Assembly: GCA_951406725.2 (NCBI GenBank)
Contig: OX597834.1
Span: forward strand, 30,814,001-30,878,000
Origin: Octopus vulgaris
Taxonomy: Eukaryota
Reading direction: 5' to 3'
Length of the DNA: 64,000 nucleotides
The notes beneath the pieces are model-generated. The model was not told the DNA's origin and did no database searches. It saw only the letters and a program-made list of their open reading frames with translations. This document shows, in pieces, positions 1 to 12,313 of the stretch (its first letter is position 1; every line of letters begins with the position of its first letter). The position numbers and the translations under genes were made by a program.

Positions 1-282
1 TCGGCGGAATTTGAACTCGGTTTTTTTTGCCAAACCGTTTGACAGCCGCTGTTTGTTTGTTTATGTCCCCGTAACTAAGCGTTTCGGCAAAAGGGATCGA
101 TAGTATAAGTACTAGACTTAAGAAAAAAAAATACTGAGGTAATTTCGTTCGACTAAACCCGTCAAGGCGGTGCCCCAGCATGACCGCGGTTCAGCGATGA
201 TGGTAAGTTAGATCAGCTGCAGCCGATCCAACTGAAAAGATGATTTTGTAGCAGACCAACGATGTGATAGAAATATAAAGTC

Positions 283-360
283 GAAGGTGACTGGCTGGAT
301 TCGAACTCGATCACTAATCAGCAAAACTATTGCTCAGTGCGTTACCACCTGCGCCACGCT
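283..360 (-). mobile_element. tRNA-like SINE head (Pol III A/B boxes)
   Basis: Minus strand AGCGTGGCGCAGGTGGTAACGC...GAGTTCGAATCC gives an A box and a B box. There is no canonical cloverleaf, so it is not called a tRNA. Confidence 0.55.
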
Positions 361-711
361 TACAGAGCTGATAGTTCTGCCACAATAAATTGTTTTAAGA
401 TCTATTGTTAGGGTCTCAAATTTTGGCAGACGATCAAGAATTTTAGGGAGTGGGGTTTAGTTACATCTTTTGCTTGTCTCGGTCAATGGACTGCGGTCTT
501 GCTGGGGCCATTACATTGAAGGGGTTTGGTGGAACAAATCAATCTCAGTGTTTGTGTTTTATTATTATTATTTTTTTTTTTTTTCAAGTCTGGTATTTAC
601 TCTAAGGGTCTCTTTCGCCGAATCACTAAGTTATGGGGTCGTAAACAAACCAGCAATGATCGTCAAGCGGTGGAGACGCACACATACGTGTATGTATGTG
701 TGTGTGTGTGT

Positions 712-910
712 GAAGGCACCTGGCTTGGTGGTTAGGGCATTCGGTTCACGATCTTAAGGTCATGAGTTCAATTCCCTGCTGCATGTTGTATCCTTGAGCA
801 AGACACTTCATTTCACATTGCTCCAGTCCGCTCAGCTGACAAAAAGTGAGTTGTACCTGTATTTCAAAAGGCAAGTTTTGTCACATTCTGTGTGTCTCCC
901 TGAGAACTAC
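712..910 (+). mobile_element. tRNA-derived SINE family D, 5' part
   Basis: TGGCTTGGTGGTTAGGG...GAGTTCAATTCC head, then TCCTTGAGCAAGACACTT...TGCTCCAGTC. The body is shared with 40135-40468; later segments resemble 58170-58552. Confidence 0.65.
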
Positions 911-1417
911 TTTGTCTTTTGGTACATGAAATAAGTGAGATGTAATTGCAAATAGCAAGAAGGGGCCTTATGAATATATTGTTCCAATAGTAGAGAGACT
1001 TTTAGCAACAATTATTTTGCCGAGTGGACTTAAGCTTTTCCGGTTCCTTAGCCTTCAGCATTCAGGCCCCTATCCATAATACTGTTGCATTAGAAGCAGG
1101 GCACATTTTTGAATCCCTTTAAAAATGTAGGGTGGTGGGAAGCGCATCTTGTACGCAGCCAAATACGGTAATCTATACAGATAACGGCTGTTGCTTTTTT
1201 AATCCCAGGTCAGTCCTGATTGGGCAAGATACATGATCAAAGATATTCTAGCTGTCATCATTCCGTCTGTTTAGGGCGGAAGAATACGTATGGCTACTTT
1301 AGCTAACGTGTCTTCGACTTATAAAGAGTAGAGTGTAAAACACCAACATATATACCTTTTATTTATATTGTGTATAGAAAACAAGCAACGAAACTAGCTG
1401 CAGCATTTTCAATCAAA

Positions 1418-1645
1418 GAGGCGTTGAGCAGGCGGACTCGTTAGCACGCCAGGCAAAAAAAAAAAAAAGCTTAGGGCCATTTTGTCTGCCTTAACGTTCT
1501 GAGTTCAAATTCCACTGAGTTTGACTTTGCCTTTTTTCTCTTTCGAGGTCGATAAAAGAAGTACCAGTGAAACACTGGGAGCTGATGTAATCGAATTATC
1601 GTCTCACTGGAAATTGCTGGCCTTGCGCCAAAATTTGAAACCAAT
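1418..1645 (+). mobile_element. SINE family A, diverged copy
   Basis: GTTCTGAGTTCAAATTCC...GACTTTGCC...GAGGTCGATAAAAGAAGTACCAG core, shared with 31646-31877. Confidence 0.75.
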
Positions 1646-2343
1646 ATTTTGTCTCGAGAAAACTTGTTTAAAGAGACTTTTGTGTCAGAAACAGAGGACT
1701 TCGCTCAGAATGCCGGTGGATCGGCGACATTTTAATAAAAGTACACTTTGCTGCTATTTCTAGTAGGTCTAGAAACCACATAAAGAGACCTTAAAGTGGT
1801 GTCTATTTTCTTACCGAATTTCATGGCAAAAAGGACCAGACTCCGCGCCATCCACCAAAAGATATCTCAAAAATTTACTTCAGGTCCCATATGCGAAGTA
1901 GAGCTCCTATGAGCTGATTTTGTCCCTGACACACTACTTACAGGCTAACTTTAAACCAGATAATCTCTTCTACCAAGCCTGACCCCGCAATATGTCACTA
2001 GTTCACAGTAATGCTTTCTGCTACAGCTAAGCTATTTTTGCAATGTTTTTTATAGTAAAGCGAACTTTCGTCTTTTTTGCCATCGAATGCAGAATATAAA
2101 ATCCAGTTTCCAACGAGATTTATCTGCCTTTTTTTAAGAGAAACGTTGCAAAGTGAAAGAGTTGTCTCCCCTGTTCTTCTAACTTTTTTTCTGCAAATAT
2201 TTTCGGTGAATTGGAATCGATGAAACAATTTTTTAAATTTTACGATTTTTTCTCCATATTAGTAGAGGGATTATAAGAGCTGACCACGGAAGTCTTTCGG
2301 TAAAAGTCTATGTCGTCATGAGTAAGCATGTGACATTATGCTT

Positions 2344-2525
2344 CATCATCATCATCGTTTAGCGTCCGCTTTCCATGCTAGCATGGGTTGGACGGTTCAA
2401 CTGGGGTCTGGGAAGCCAGAAGGCTGCACCAGGCCCAGTTTGATCTGGCAATGTTTCTACGGCTGGATGCCCTTCCTAACGCCAACCACTCCGTGAGTGT
2501 AGTGGGTGCTTTTTACGTGCCACCG
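2344..2525 (-). mobile_element. (GAT)n-tailed retroposon family C, 3' end
   Basis: Reverse complement of ...CCGTCCAACCCATGCTAGCATGGAAAGCGGACGCTAAACGATGATG, which recurs throughout the window. Confidence 0.75.
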
Positions 2526-2701
2526 AAATTCCAATGAAGGAGCCTTGGATCTCTGTTAGAAACCGACTCTGTCTTTATTGGCAAGAAATCTTGAAATAAA
2601 ACTGAATAATGACATACATACATATGGTGGTACTCCGTCGGTTACGACGACGAGGGTTCCAGTTGATCTGATCAATGGAACAGCCAGTTTGTGAAATTAA
2701 C

Positions 2702-3318
2702 GTCTCTCACTCAACTGCACCCCACACATAATAATCAAGGGGGTTGCAGTCTGGGGAGTTGGGTGGCCAGATGTTTGGGATGATGTGGTTTCAGAAATTG
2801 CCTGACTGCTATGACTGGGTTCTCCTGCTTGTGTGGTATGGTGCAGAGTCCTGTTGCCAGACATAGGGTCTTCCAGCAGCCACCCTCTTGACCCAGGGCA
2901 GAACTACCCCCTCCAGGCACTTGATGTAGGCTTCCATGTTGAGTCTGAAGCTGTGTGAGAAGATGAATGGAAGCATAATGTTGCCATCACTAGTGAACAC
3001 TCCAAACACTACGATGTTGACTGGATGTTTGATTTTTATCACTCTCAGTACATTCTTTTGGGGACACGGCAAGCCAACAGTTGCTCTGTGTGTTCATCAT
3101 CTGTTCATATTGGAGCTTCCAGCACAAATGCCAAGCAGTACAGCATGTCCTTTCCAAATTTCTGGCAGGGTGAATTGCATCATGGTGCTGTTTTTCTCAC
3201 AAACGTTGTCCAATTGACCCCACAATACTGTGTAGTTGACAAAATCAAAAACAAGCAATGCATATATGTGAAATTAAAAATATAAAATGACGACAATTTA
3301 CCCATTTGCCATCCTGGA
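2702..3318 (-). mobile_element. Internally deleted maT (DD37D) Tc1/mariner-superfamily transposon
   Basis: Translation YVWQQDSAPYHTSRRTQS*QSGNF*NHIIPNIWPPNSPDCNPLDYYVW has exactly 37 residues between the 2nd and 3rd Asp, with two in-frame stops. TIR-like CAGGATGGCAAATGGG near 3318. Confidence 0.85.
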
Positions 3319-5129
3319 GGTGATTGAAGGCGTGAGAAATTCCACTGGGTTATAATCTTTTTAATTGAATCAAAAATTTAAGCAAATAGATAATTTAGGT
3401 GCTAGTTTACTTTTTTACAAAACCTTTCTTAAATAACTTTAAATATTTAAAATTAAATTTTAAAGCATTGGCATAAACAAATGGATGTAAATTTTACTTT
3501 TTAATCACACACACACACAAATTGCTGGTTTCTTCTTTTCACTCTATGTGTGAAAAAGAATGGCTGCAGTCCAATGATTGAAGCAAGTAAAAGATAAAAG
3601 ATACACACACAACCTTCTTAGCCTTGGTCATTCAGTCCCCATTGGGCCTTTGGTTCTCTCCTCTCAGTAAAAACACTGATAAAACTTTTGATTAGCTTCC
3701 CTATCCTCTGGGGTTTTTTTAAAAATCTATAATCTTTGGTCTTCACAGATCTTAGAATTTCACCTTTAAGGTAGTCTGTCAGTAGTCTGGAGTTTAGAAA
3801 ACTTGGCAGGACCACAATGCCACAGACTGGTGTGGCCTTCTAATTTACATGGTTGGGCCATTTCAATCTCTTCTTTATTATTTCAGCAATGATGTATATC
3901 ATAGGCATAGTTTTTCTAATGGAAGTATTTCTACACCTGTTTCATAATGATATCTTAACTATAGACTATAAAGACTGCATTTAAAAATATTTTTTAATTT
4001 CATTTGCCTTTTTTGTTTTTGGCAGTGAGGGAGGGACCTGGGAGATAACCATGGACCCCTTTCTAAAAACAAAACTGTCTCAATCCCACTCTTATAAGCC
4101 CTACATGGGGTCGAATGAAAGTACTTACTGCATGGGAAGTTACTACCTTGGGCCACACCAGCAACACAGCATTGCCTCATATGGTTTGAGATCTTGGAAT
4201 TACCAAGGCAAAATAAATCTCAAAATAAAATATACAATAATCATAGTATTGTCTTTGTCTCGGACATAAGGACAAGAATCCTGACCAAGAATGCCATTTT
4301 CTTCATTGATCCCAAAGAAGGAATGATTGGATGGAGTTGTAGAATGGCAATCTCTATTTCACAGGCAAGCGGAAGAGCATCGAACTGAGTGCTCTTCGAT
4401 ATCTTTGTCATTGTTTGTTGTCATACTTGTCACTACTACTGCTACCATTGTATTCTTTCTCTCTTTCTTTCTTTTAATTCCTTCCTTCCTTCTTTCGTTT
4501 CTCCCTCTCTTCCTTCATTCCTCCCTCCCTTCTTTCTTTCTTTTAATTCCTTCCTTCCTTCTTTCCTCCCTCCTTTCTTTCTTTTAATTCCTTCCTCCTT
4601 CCTCCCTCCTTTCTTTTCTCCCTCTCTTCCTTCATGCCTCCCTTCCTTCTTTCTTTCTTTCTTTCTCTCTTCCAGTCACTGTAGATGCTTCTGAGACCCA
4701 TCCTTCCTCAGGTTTTCCATCCATTTGGCGCCACCAATACAAACGATCATAATACCAAAAAAAAACACCAAATTCTGTGACATTCTGCAAAAGAATCTTC
4801 AAAGGACCGAATAGATGAACATTTGCGTTTATTTAAGCATCTATTGATGTATTCTTTGTATTAGCATGGAAAGTGGCTGAATACTCCACAGGCATATGTA
4901 CCCTAAATGTAATTCCCAAGCCAGATCAGAGCAACACAGTGTCTGGCAAGTCTGGTTCTCGGAATTTCCTGTTATTTCTGTTTGGTGAGCTTCTAAACAG
5001 TTTCTCTCTGTCTGAGTTTCACTTGGGTCGACTTGAATCCGGCATAAAATCTATTCTTTGCTAATGGTACCAAGTGGTAGGATTGAAACTAAGACCTCAT
5101 GATTGAGAAGAAAGCGTCTTAACTGCTCT

Positions 5130-6160
5130 ACCATGTGTGTATTTACACAAGCAGACACACACACACACACATATACAACCAGACATACAGACACACACAT
5201 GCAGACATGTACATACACACATATATACAGATGCACTCACACATAGACACACATTCATGCAGACTCATACACATGCACACACACTCAAACACAAAAATGC
5301 ACACACACACACATACACACACACACATGCATACACGCACACACACAAACATACCCACCCAGACACACATATACATATGCACACACACACACACATACAG
5401 AGGCATGCACACACACACATGCGCACATACACACTCACTGAGACACACACACATGTTGTTTAGCCCCAAGTCAGCCTGATTTGAGCAGACCAATGATGAA
5501 AGATCTTCCTTGCTTCACCTGTCCATTGGTTTGTTTTCTCCCATGCTAATAATATATTCCTCTAAACCATGGATTAGTATAGATTAGTTGAACATATATG
5601 CCTGACATTGTTTTACAGCTGGATGCTCTTCCTGTTGCTAACCCTTACCTGTTTTCCAAGTAAGGGATCTTTTATTCCACATTCTTATTCCAAGACACAA
5701 AGCCAGTGAAAATGACAATGCCATTGGTTGGAGCTCAGCAGTTTTGGGAGGAATGTACACAAACGCACGTGCACACACACACATATACACATGCATGCAC
5801 ACATACAAATACACATGCATGCATACATACATACATATACACATGCATGCACACACACACATACACATATGCATGCACACACACACATATACACATGCAT
5901 ACACACACACATATACACATGCATGCATACATACATACATATACACATGCATGCACACACACACATACACATATACATACACACATACATATACACATGC
6001 ATGCACACACACATACATATACACACATACATATACACATACATATACACACACATACATATACACATACATATACACATACATATACACACACATACAT
6101 ACACACACATACATACACACACATACATATACACAGACACATGCAAGCACACACACACAC
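5130..6160. repeat. Compound (CA)n/(CATA)n microsatellite blocks
   Basis: Directly visible. Source of the HT/CV/YM-rich spurious ORFs. Confidence 0.9.
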
Positions 6161-6161
6161 A

Positions 6162-6640
6162 CAGGGTGTCTGGGTTAAATTGGATGATGTTTTTTATTTC
6201 TCCTTTTTTTTTCAGTAACAGCTTGATATATTGGTGAACAGTCAATGGCGTTGGAGAGCATGTTGCTGGAAGGTCATGTGTAGGGCAACAGGATTTGGTT
6301 CCTTGCCATCCCAGAAAGAGTCAGAAGTAATTGTCAGAGAATTTCTACAACTTCCCCTGCCCCAATTCCCCCCTGATTGAAATCCCATGGATTTCTATGT
6401 GTGAGATGCAGAGGAAAAAGACACCAACTGCTCAGCTTGCAACACTAAGACCAAGCTGGAGGCCAAGATCAAAGAGGTATTCAAAGATCTTCACAGGGAC
6501 ACAGTGAGGAATACTTGCAACAAGTTCCGGGGCTGTGTTGAAACTGTGTTGGAAGCTATGGGTGACTACTTTAAATAAAATGCTATTTCCAGCCATAATC
6601 TAGTTGATATTTTTGGAGTTTTCAAAATACATTTTTTTAG
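6162..6640 (+). mobile_element. Internally deleted maT-like transposon
   Basis: CAGGGTGTCTGGG TIR-like start. Degenerate QQD...PNSP..NPMDFYV segment and a C-terminal ...GDYFK*, homologous to 2702-3318. Confidence 0.7.
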
Positions 6641-6916
6641 AGAATATTGTTTTCTTTTACTTTTAAGCAATCAGTCAAATTTAGCTCAAACTCCTTGTAC
6701 ACACACATAAACACACACACAAACACACACACAGTCTCAGAAACCAATAACGGAACCTTTATATGGTCGTTTAACCCATGAGTTGAGCACTGAGGTTGAT
6801 GCAAGTGATTTACCGTTTTCCCCCAAAATTGCTGGCCTTGTGTCAAAATTCGAAAGCACCATCTGTGAGAAAATTAAAAACTGAAACACGGATGTTTTAT
6901 GCAAATTTATTAACAA

Positions 6917-6951
<35 letters not shown>

Positions 6952-7213
6952 CAGATCTATATATATATATAAAAAAAAAACAAGATAAGAGAATTAACAA
7001 TTTTCATCAACAATTAAAATATCAAAAAAAAAAAAAGGATTGAGTGAATGCCTATGAAAAGAAATAAAAACTGACCAATCTAATTATGGAGGAAATGTTC
7101 TTCATGTTTGGTTTTACCGAATCTAAGAGCAAGAATACTGAAAGTATGTGAATCATACAAACTCTAAACTGATTCTTTGGTTCAAGTGGGACAATGGAAT
7201 GCACTGCAAGTGT

Positions 7214-7219
7214 TTTATT
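7214..7219 (-). terminator. Candidate polyadenylation signal of the GPCR
   Basis: AATAAA on the minus strand about 190 nt after the stop. A second one lies at 6906-6911. The context is AT-rich, so the evidence is weak. Confidence 0.3.
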
Positions 7220-7406
7220 TATAATTTAGATATTTTAGAATTATTTTGCTTTCAAATTATTTTGTCGTATTTTTTTTTTCTTTTTCATTTCTTTTTTTTT
7301 TTTTTGTCTTTTGGTCTTTCTGAAAATTTTGGTGTCAGACATAATTCATGGTCATGTGACTTTGACCAATAAACCAATAAAAAATTTCGGTTCTTGTCTT
7401 TTTTTT

Positions 7407-8672
7407 TTAAAGAGACGCATCTTGTCTCATCCACAGACTGCCATGGCCGCGAGGCAAGCTGCTCAAACTCAAAGCCCCTTCGTTAGTTATACCCGAGTGT
7501 CCCATTGATTCCATATAATCCATGTGCCTTCTCATACTGCTGACCTCACCACATTCTGATGACGCCAAGCTTGTCGGAGTGTTCAGCAGCCGATTCTGGA
7601 AGGAAACTGGTTGTCTGAGTAATGCTGTGGAGGCTGTGTTGTATGTAGTTTCCACCTGGGAAGCTTCCATATCTTTGTGATTTATCTGAGCTATTTTGTT
7701 CTGGAGATCTTTCTCCAAGTTGAATTTGTCGGCAATGTCCCAAAGATAGACGCTGGCAAACACCGGGGTGGTTATCGGTTGGCTCCAGGCCACGATTGTC
7801 AAGATTTTATAGAGCTGGGGCTTTAATATGAAATTCACATCGAAAATCGTGATCGCAAATAAGGGCAGCCAACACAAAAGGTAAGTGGCAGTCATCCCTA
7901 TTAACATAAAAACTCTTCTCCGATGGTTGTCGATAAAAAACGGTTGGACATCTGAATGCAATTCGTCTGTCTCTATCTCCCACAAAATATCCTTCTCATC
8001 GTGCGCAAGGAAATCCTCACCGAAAACATTCTGCGGTGTATATGCATGGTACTGTACTTTCTGATGGAGGAACCATAGACCGACTAGTGTCAGGGTTATT
8101 GCAAAGGTTATCAAGATCAGCCAACAGACGTGGGTCACAACACTGCTTGGAATTCCTTGTTTAAATGAACAGAATCCTATGTCTTTGTTGTAATGCAGTC
8201 GGCTCGGTAAAAAGCCGACACCGAGATGAATGAGAATGCTAGCAAACCAGATCATAAACAAGCCGAAACTGATACAGAGATAATTGTTGTAGTTCTGTCT
8301 GTAGTAGATCATGTGGTATTCTTCGTTAACTACGATTGCAAACAAGTTGTATGCCGATGCTGTCATCAGGATGATGTAAACCGTGCCGAACCAATTGCAG
8401 TGAGGAATCTCCTGACGATGCTGAAGACTGTAGCCGAGTGTGATGCAAAAAGCCGATTTAATGAGGTCGAGGAGGCAATGATGCGACAGAAAGGCAGTTG
8501 CAGCATGGCGCAGCTTTTTAAACATCATCACCGCCAACAAGACTGCAACATTGCCTAGAATACCGACAAATGCAATGGCATAAACAATGCCGCCCTCTGT
8601 GTATCTGGTATCCAGGTCAGTCTCATTCCAACTCAATGCTTTGCTGATGTTTGATGGGTCCGAAGACAACAT
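7407..8672 (-). CDS. Orphan class A (rhodopsin-like) GPCR, SREB/GPR85-like, intronless CDS
   Basis: 421-aa complex-sequence ORF with 7 hydrophobic helices: TM1 GN (GILGNVAV), TM2 Asp, TM3 and ECL2 Cys, TM4 Trp, TM6 CWLP. N-glycosylation sites NIS/NET; ACCATG start context. FLSHHCLLDLIKSAFC, GFCSFKQ and AWSQPITTP resemble SREB-family segments (from memory). Confidence 0.93.
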   Translation of the reverse strand: MLSSDPSNISKALSWNETDLDTRYTEGGIVYAIAFVGILGNVAVLLAVMMFKKLRHAATAFLSHHCLLDLIKSAFCITLGYSLQHRQEIPHCNWFGTVYIILMTASAYNLFAIVVNEEYHMIYYRQNYNNYLCISFGLFMIWFASILIHLGVGFLPSRLHYNKDIGFCSFKQGIPSSVVTHVCWLILITFAITLTLVGLWFLHQKVQYHAYTPQNVFGEDFLAHDEKDILWEIETDELHSDVQPFFIDNHRRRVFMLIGMTATYLLCWLPLFAITIFDVNFILKPQLYKILTIVAWSQPITTPVFASVYLWDIADKFNLEKDLQNKIAQINHKDMEASQVETTYNTASTALLRQPVSFQNRLLNTPTSLASSECGEVSSMRRHMDYMESMGHSGITNEGALSLSSLPRGHGSLWMRQDASL

Positions 8673-8718
8673 GGTTCTGGCGTGCTGAAGGAAAAGATAA
8701 GCTTTTCAAATTGGTTCG

Positions 8719-8807
8719 TTAGTTCTGATAGTGATTAGCTAACATAGTATCGGTTCATTTAGGAAATATCCAGAAGAAATTCTTGACGAAAGTCACAGAA
8801 TTATCAT
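8719..8807 (-). promoter_or_regulatory. Three upstream ORFs in the GPCR 5' UTR
   Basis: Minus-strand uORFs: 8807-8793 (MIIL*), 8758-8735 (MNRYYVS*), 8745-8719 (MLANHYQN*). All end before the main ATG at 8672. Confidence 0.55.
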
Positions 8808-8814
8808 GAACAAT

Positions 8815-8840
8815 CTGAAAAAGACAAAAAAAAAAAGAAA
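8815..8840 (-). promoter_or_regulatory. 3' splice acceptor of a 5'-UTR intron of the GPCR
   Basis: Minus strand TTTCTTTTTTTTTTTGTCTTTTTCAG|ATTG, with the exon starting at 8814. Unique sequence switches to repeats exactly here. Confidence 0.7.
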
Positions 8841-8877
8841 TCAAAATTAAACAAGTGTGTTGTTGTTATTATTGTTA

Positions 8878-8912
<35 letters not shown>

Positions 8913-9093
8913 ATTATCATCATCTATTTCTTTACTACCCACAAGGGGCTAAACACAGAGAGGACAAACAAGGACAGACAAACGGATTAAGTCGATTATA
9001 TCGACTCCAGTGCATAACTGGTACTTATTTAATCGACCCCGAAAGAATGAAAGAAATCAAAATTAAACAAGTGTGTTGTTGTTATTATTGTTA

Positions 9094-9127
<34 letters not shown>

Positions 9128-9265
9128 CATCATCATCTATTTCTTTACTACCCACAAGGGGCTAAACACAGAGAGGACAAACAAGGACAGACAAATGGAT
9201 TAAGTCGATTATATCGACCCCAGTGCGTAACTGGTACTAATTTAATCGACCCCGAAAGGATGAAA
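8834..9265. repeat. 216-bp tandem duplication
   Basis: AAAGAAATCAAAATTAAACAAGTGTGTTG...(TAT)n...SINE tail starts at both 8834 and 9050. Confidence 0.85.
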
Positions 9266-9539
9266 GGCAAAGTCGACCTCGGCGGAATTTGAACTCAGAA
9301 CGTAACAGCAGACAAAATACTATTTCTTTACTACCCACAAGGGGCTAAACACAGAGAGGACAAACAAGGACAGACAAACGGATTAAGTCGATTATATCGA
9401 CCCCAGTGCGTAACTGGTACTTATTTAATCGACTCCGAAAGGATGAAAGGCAAAGTCGACCTCGGCGGAATTTGAACTCAGAATGTAATGGCAGACGAAA
9501 TACGGCTACGCATTTCGCCCGGCATGCTAACGTTTCTGC

Positions 9540-9540
<1 letters not shown>
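8924..9540 (-). mobile_element. SINE family A, three tandem copies or partial copies
   Basis: CTATTTCTTTACTACCCACAAGGGGCTAAACAC... at about 8924, 9137 and 9320. The head (GCAGAAACGTTAGC) is near 9540. Confidence 0.85.
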
Positions 9541-9572
<32 letters not shown>

Positions 9573-10179
9573 AAAGGAGGTGAGCTGGCAGAATTGGTAG
9601 CATGCTGAACGAAATACTTAGGAGTATTTTGTCTGTCTTTACATTCTGAGTTCAAATTCTGCCAGGGTTGATTTTTGCCTTTCATCTATTTGGGGTCGAT
9701 AAAATAAGTACCAGTTAAGTCAAAATATGCCTAGAGCTGTTTGTTCTGGTTTCAAATCCCACAGAGGCCAGCTGTGCTTTTGGCCCTTCCAAGATTGATA
9801 GAATAAGGAACCTATACCAGTCCTCTGCTGGGGCCAATAGTAACTCTGTCTTCTTGAAATTGCTTAATTAAAAATGCTTAATTCCTAATCTATTCCAACC
9901 TGAAAAGTTAAAACTGAGAGAACTTTTGTGTGCTTACTTAACTTGCTAGAAATAGCAGCTGAGAAACCTCTCAGACCACAGAATTTTGTCATACAAAAGG
10001 AAGGACATCTGAGATTGTGCTGTGTGGCTCTCATATACACTGTGCTCGGAATACAAAACATAAAAAACACAAAGACGGAATGGTCATGTCTGGAACACCT
10101 TTGATTACAGGATTGTTTGACTGATCAGAGTTGACCTAGTGTGGTGTAAGTGGGAGATGGTGATGGTGAGTGGGGCAAA

Positions 10180-10224
10180 ACTACTGCTGCTGCTGCTGCT
10201 GCTACTACCAACACCACCACCACC

Positions 10225-10268
<44 letters not shown>

Positions 10269-10284
10269 CAACACCACCACCACA

Positions 10285-10353
<69 letters not shown>

Positions 10354-11990
10354 ACATCTTGTAAACACTATACCTTTGCATGTCCACATCCTTCCTCATT
10401 CCAAAGCATATTTCTCAGATCCTGTTGTAACATTCTATTAAAATCTTGGGTAGAGGTGGTGGTGGTAGTGGTGGTGGTGGTGGTGGTAGTGGTGGTGGTG
10501 GTGCCAGTGCTGATGCTAGTATTGTTGTTGTTGTTGTTGCTGTTGGTGGGGGATACGATGTTGGTAGTCATGACAGTTGCGATGGTGGTGGTGGTGGCTG
10601 CAGTGTTGGTGATAGCGGCAGTGGTAGTTGTGGTTACGGTTGTGGTTGTGGTGTCAATGGTTGTGATTCAGTTGTGGTAGCTATGGTGGTAGTGGTGGTG
10701 GTGGTGGTGGAGGCAGTGTTGGTGGTGGTGGAGGTGGTGGTGGTGGTGGTGGAGGCAGGAAGATAACGAATGTCATTCGTTAACAGTCAGATTGATTTTG
10801 AAAAATAATTAAAATATTTTTAGCTGTGATCAACAACAACAACAGCAACAACAACAAGATATTTTAGTATGACTGAAGGACATTGGTTAATCATATTCAG
10901 AAAAGGTGGGGGTGGGTGAGGCGGAGGATGAAGGGGGTAGTGGTGGTGGTGGTGGTGGGTGGGTGGGATGGGGAAAGAGATAATTTGAAAAAGGGTCGGT
11001 GATGGGGTGGAGTGAGTGGTGGTGGTCGTGGTGGTGGGGTGGGGGGTGAATGTTAAGACTTCAGTACACAGTCTGGATTTCTGCTATTGATCATATTATC
11101 AGCATTATTTCTTGTACCACCACTACCACCACCACCACTACTGTAATTACCACTACCACCACCACCACCACTACTGTAATTACCACTCACAACACCACCA
11201 TCACCACCACTACTACCATATCACCATAATTATCAACAACACTATATCCACCACCACCACCACTGCCACCACCATCATTACTATCAATACTATCATCACT
11301 ATCACCACTGTAACCACAACCACCAGTACTACCACCACAATCTAACATCACCACCACCACTACCACCACTACCACCACCACCACCACCACCACCACCACC
11401 ACCATTCACCGTCACCACCACCACCACCATCAGTAAAGGCTATGATCATTATAACCAATACCACCACTAGAACTAACCACTATCGCAACTAGTAAACATT
11501 ATTAACACTACCACCACAACCACAGCCACAACCACAACAACCACCATCACTACTATCTGAGCACAAAAAGATTTATTGATTGGGATGAGAGGAGAAAATT
11601 AATAACAATGATAACTGTAACAAACATTATGACAATGATGATGATGATGATGGCAATGATGATGATGGTAATGACTATAATGATGATGATGATGGTGATG
11701 GTGATGGTGATGAGGAATATGGCCTTGACAATGATGATGACTATGATGATGATGATGAGGAGGATGACCTTCAGAATGACGACGATGATGAAGAGGAAGG
11801 GGAGGATAGTGGTGATGCTGATGCTGATGACGACAACAATAAGGATAATTATGATGACTGATGATGATGATGATGATGATAATGTGATCATGGTGATAAT
11901 GAAAATGATGGAAATTATCTTCGTGATATTGATGATGACGATGATGGTGATGATGCTAATAATGACGATGATGATGATGTTTCTACCTTG
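10180..11990. repeat. Trinucleotide microsatellite region (CTA/CCA/GGT/GAT)
   Basis: Directly visible low-complexity tracts with short unique spacers. Confidence 0.9.
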
Positions 11991-12313
11991 ACACAAGGCC
12001 AAAAATATTGGAAAGACAGAGACAGAACCAACTGACTTATCTTAGGACATGACTAGTATATATGTCATTCATCTTGACCACCCACGACCACCACCGCTTA
12101 ACTTAGGTACAAGGGCCGAAATATAATATTGACATAATGTTGAATCCATATATATAGGCCCAACCACATGGTTCTGGGTTCACTCCCACTGTATGGCACC
12201 TTGGACAAATGTCTTCTATAGCTTCAGGCCAACCAAAGCCTTGTAAGTGGATTTGGTAGATGGAAACTGAAAGAAGCCTGTCGTATGTATGTATATATAT
12301 ATGTATGTGTGTA

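Noticed and set aside
3750-4330. Possible very old RTE LINE fragments
   Set aside because: Only faint motif resemblance (e.g. KRLKWPNHV); too degraded to call by eye.
7546-8558. ORFs 7546-7743(-) and 8226-8558(+)
   Set aside because: Alternative-frame or antisense shadows of the GPCR CDS.
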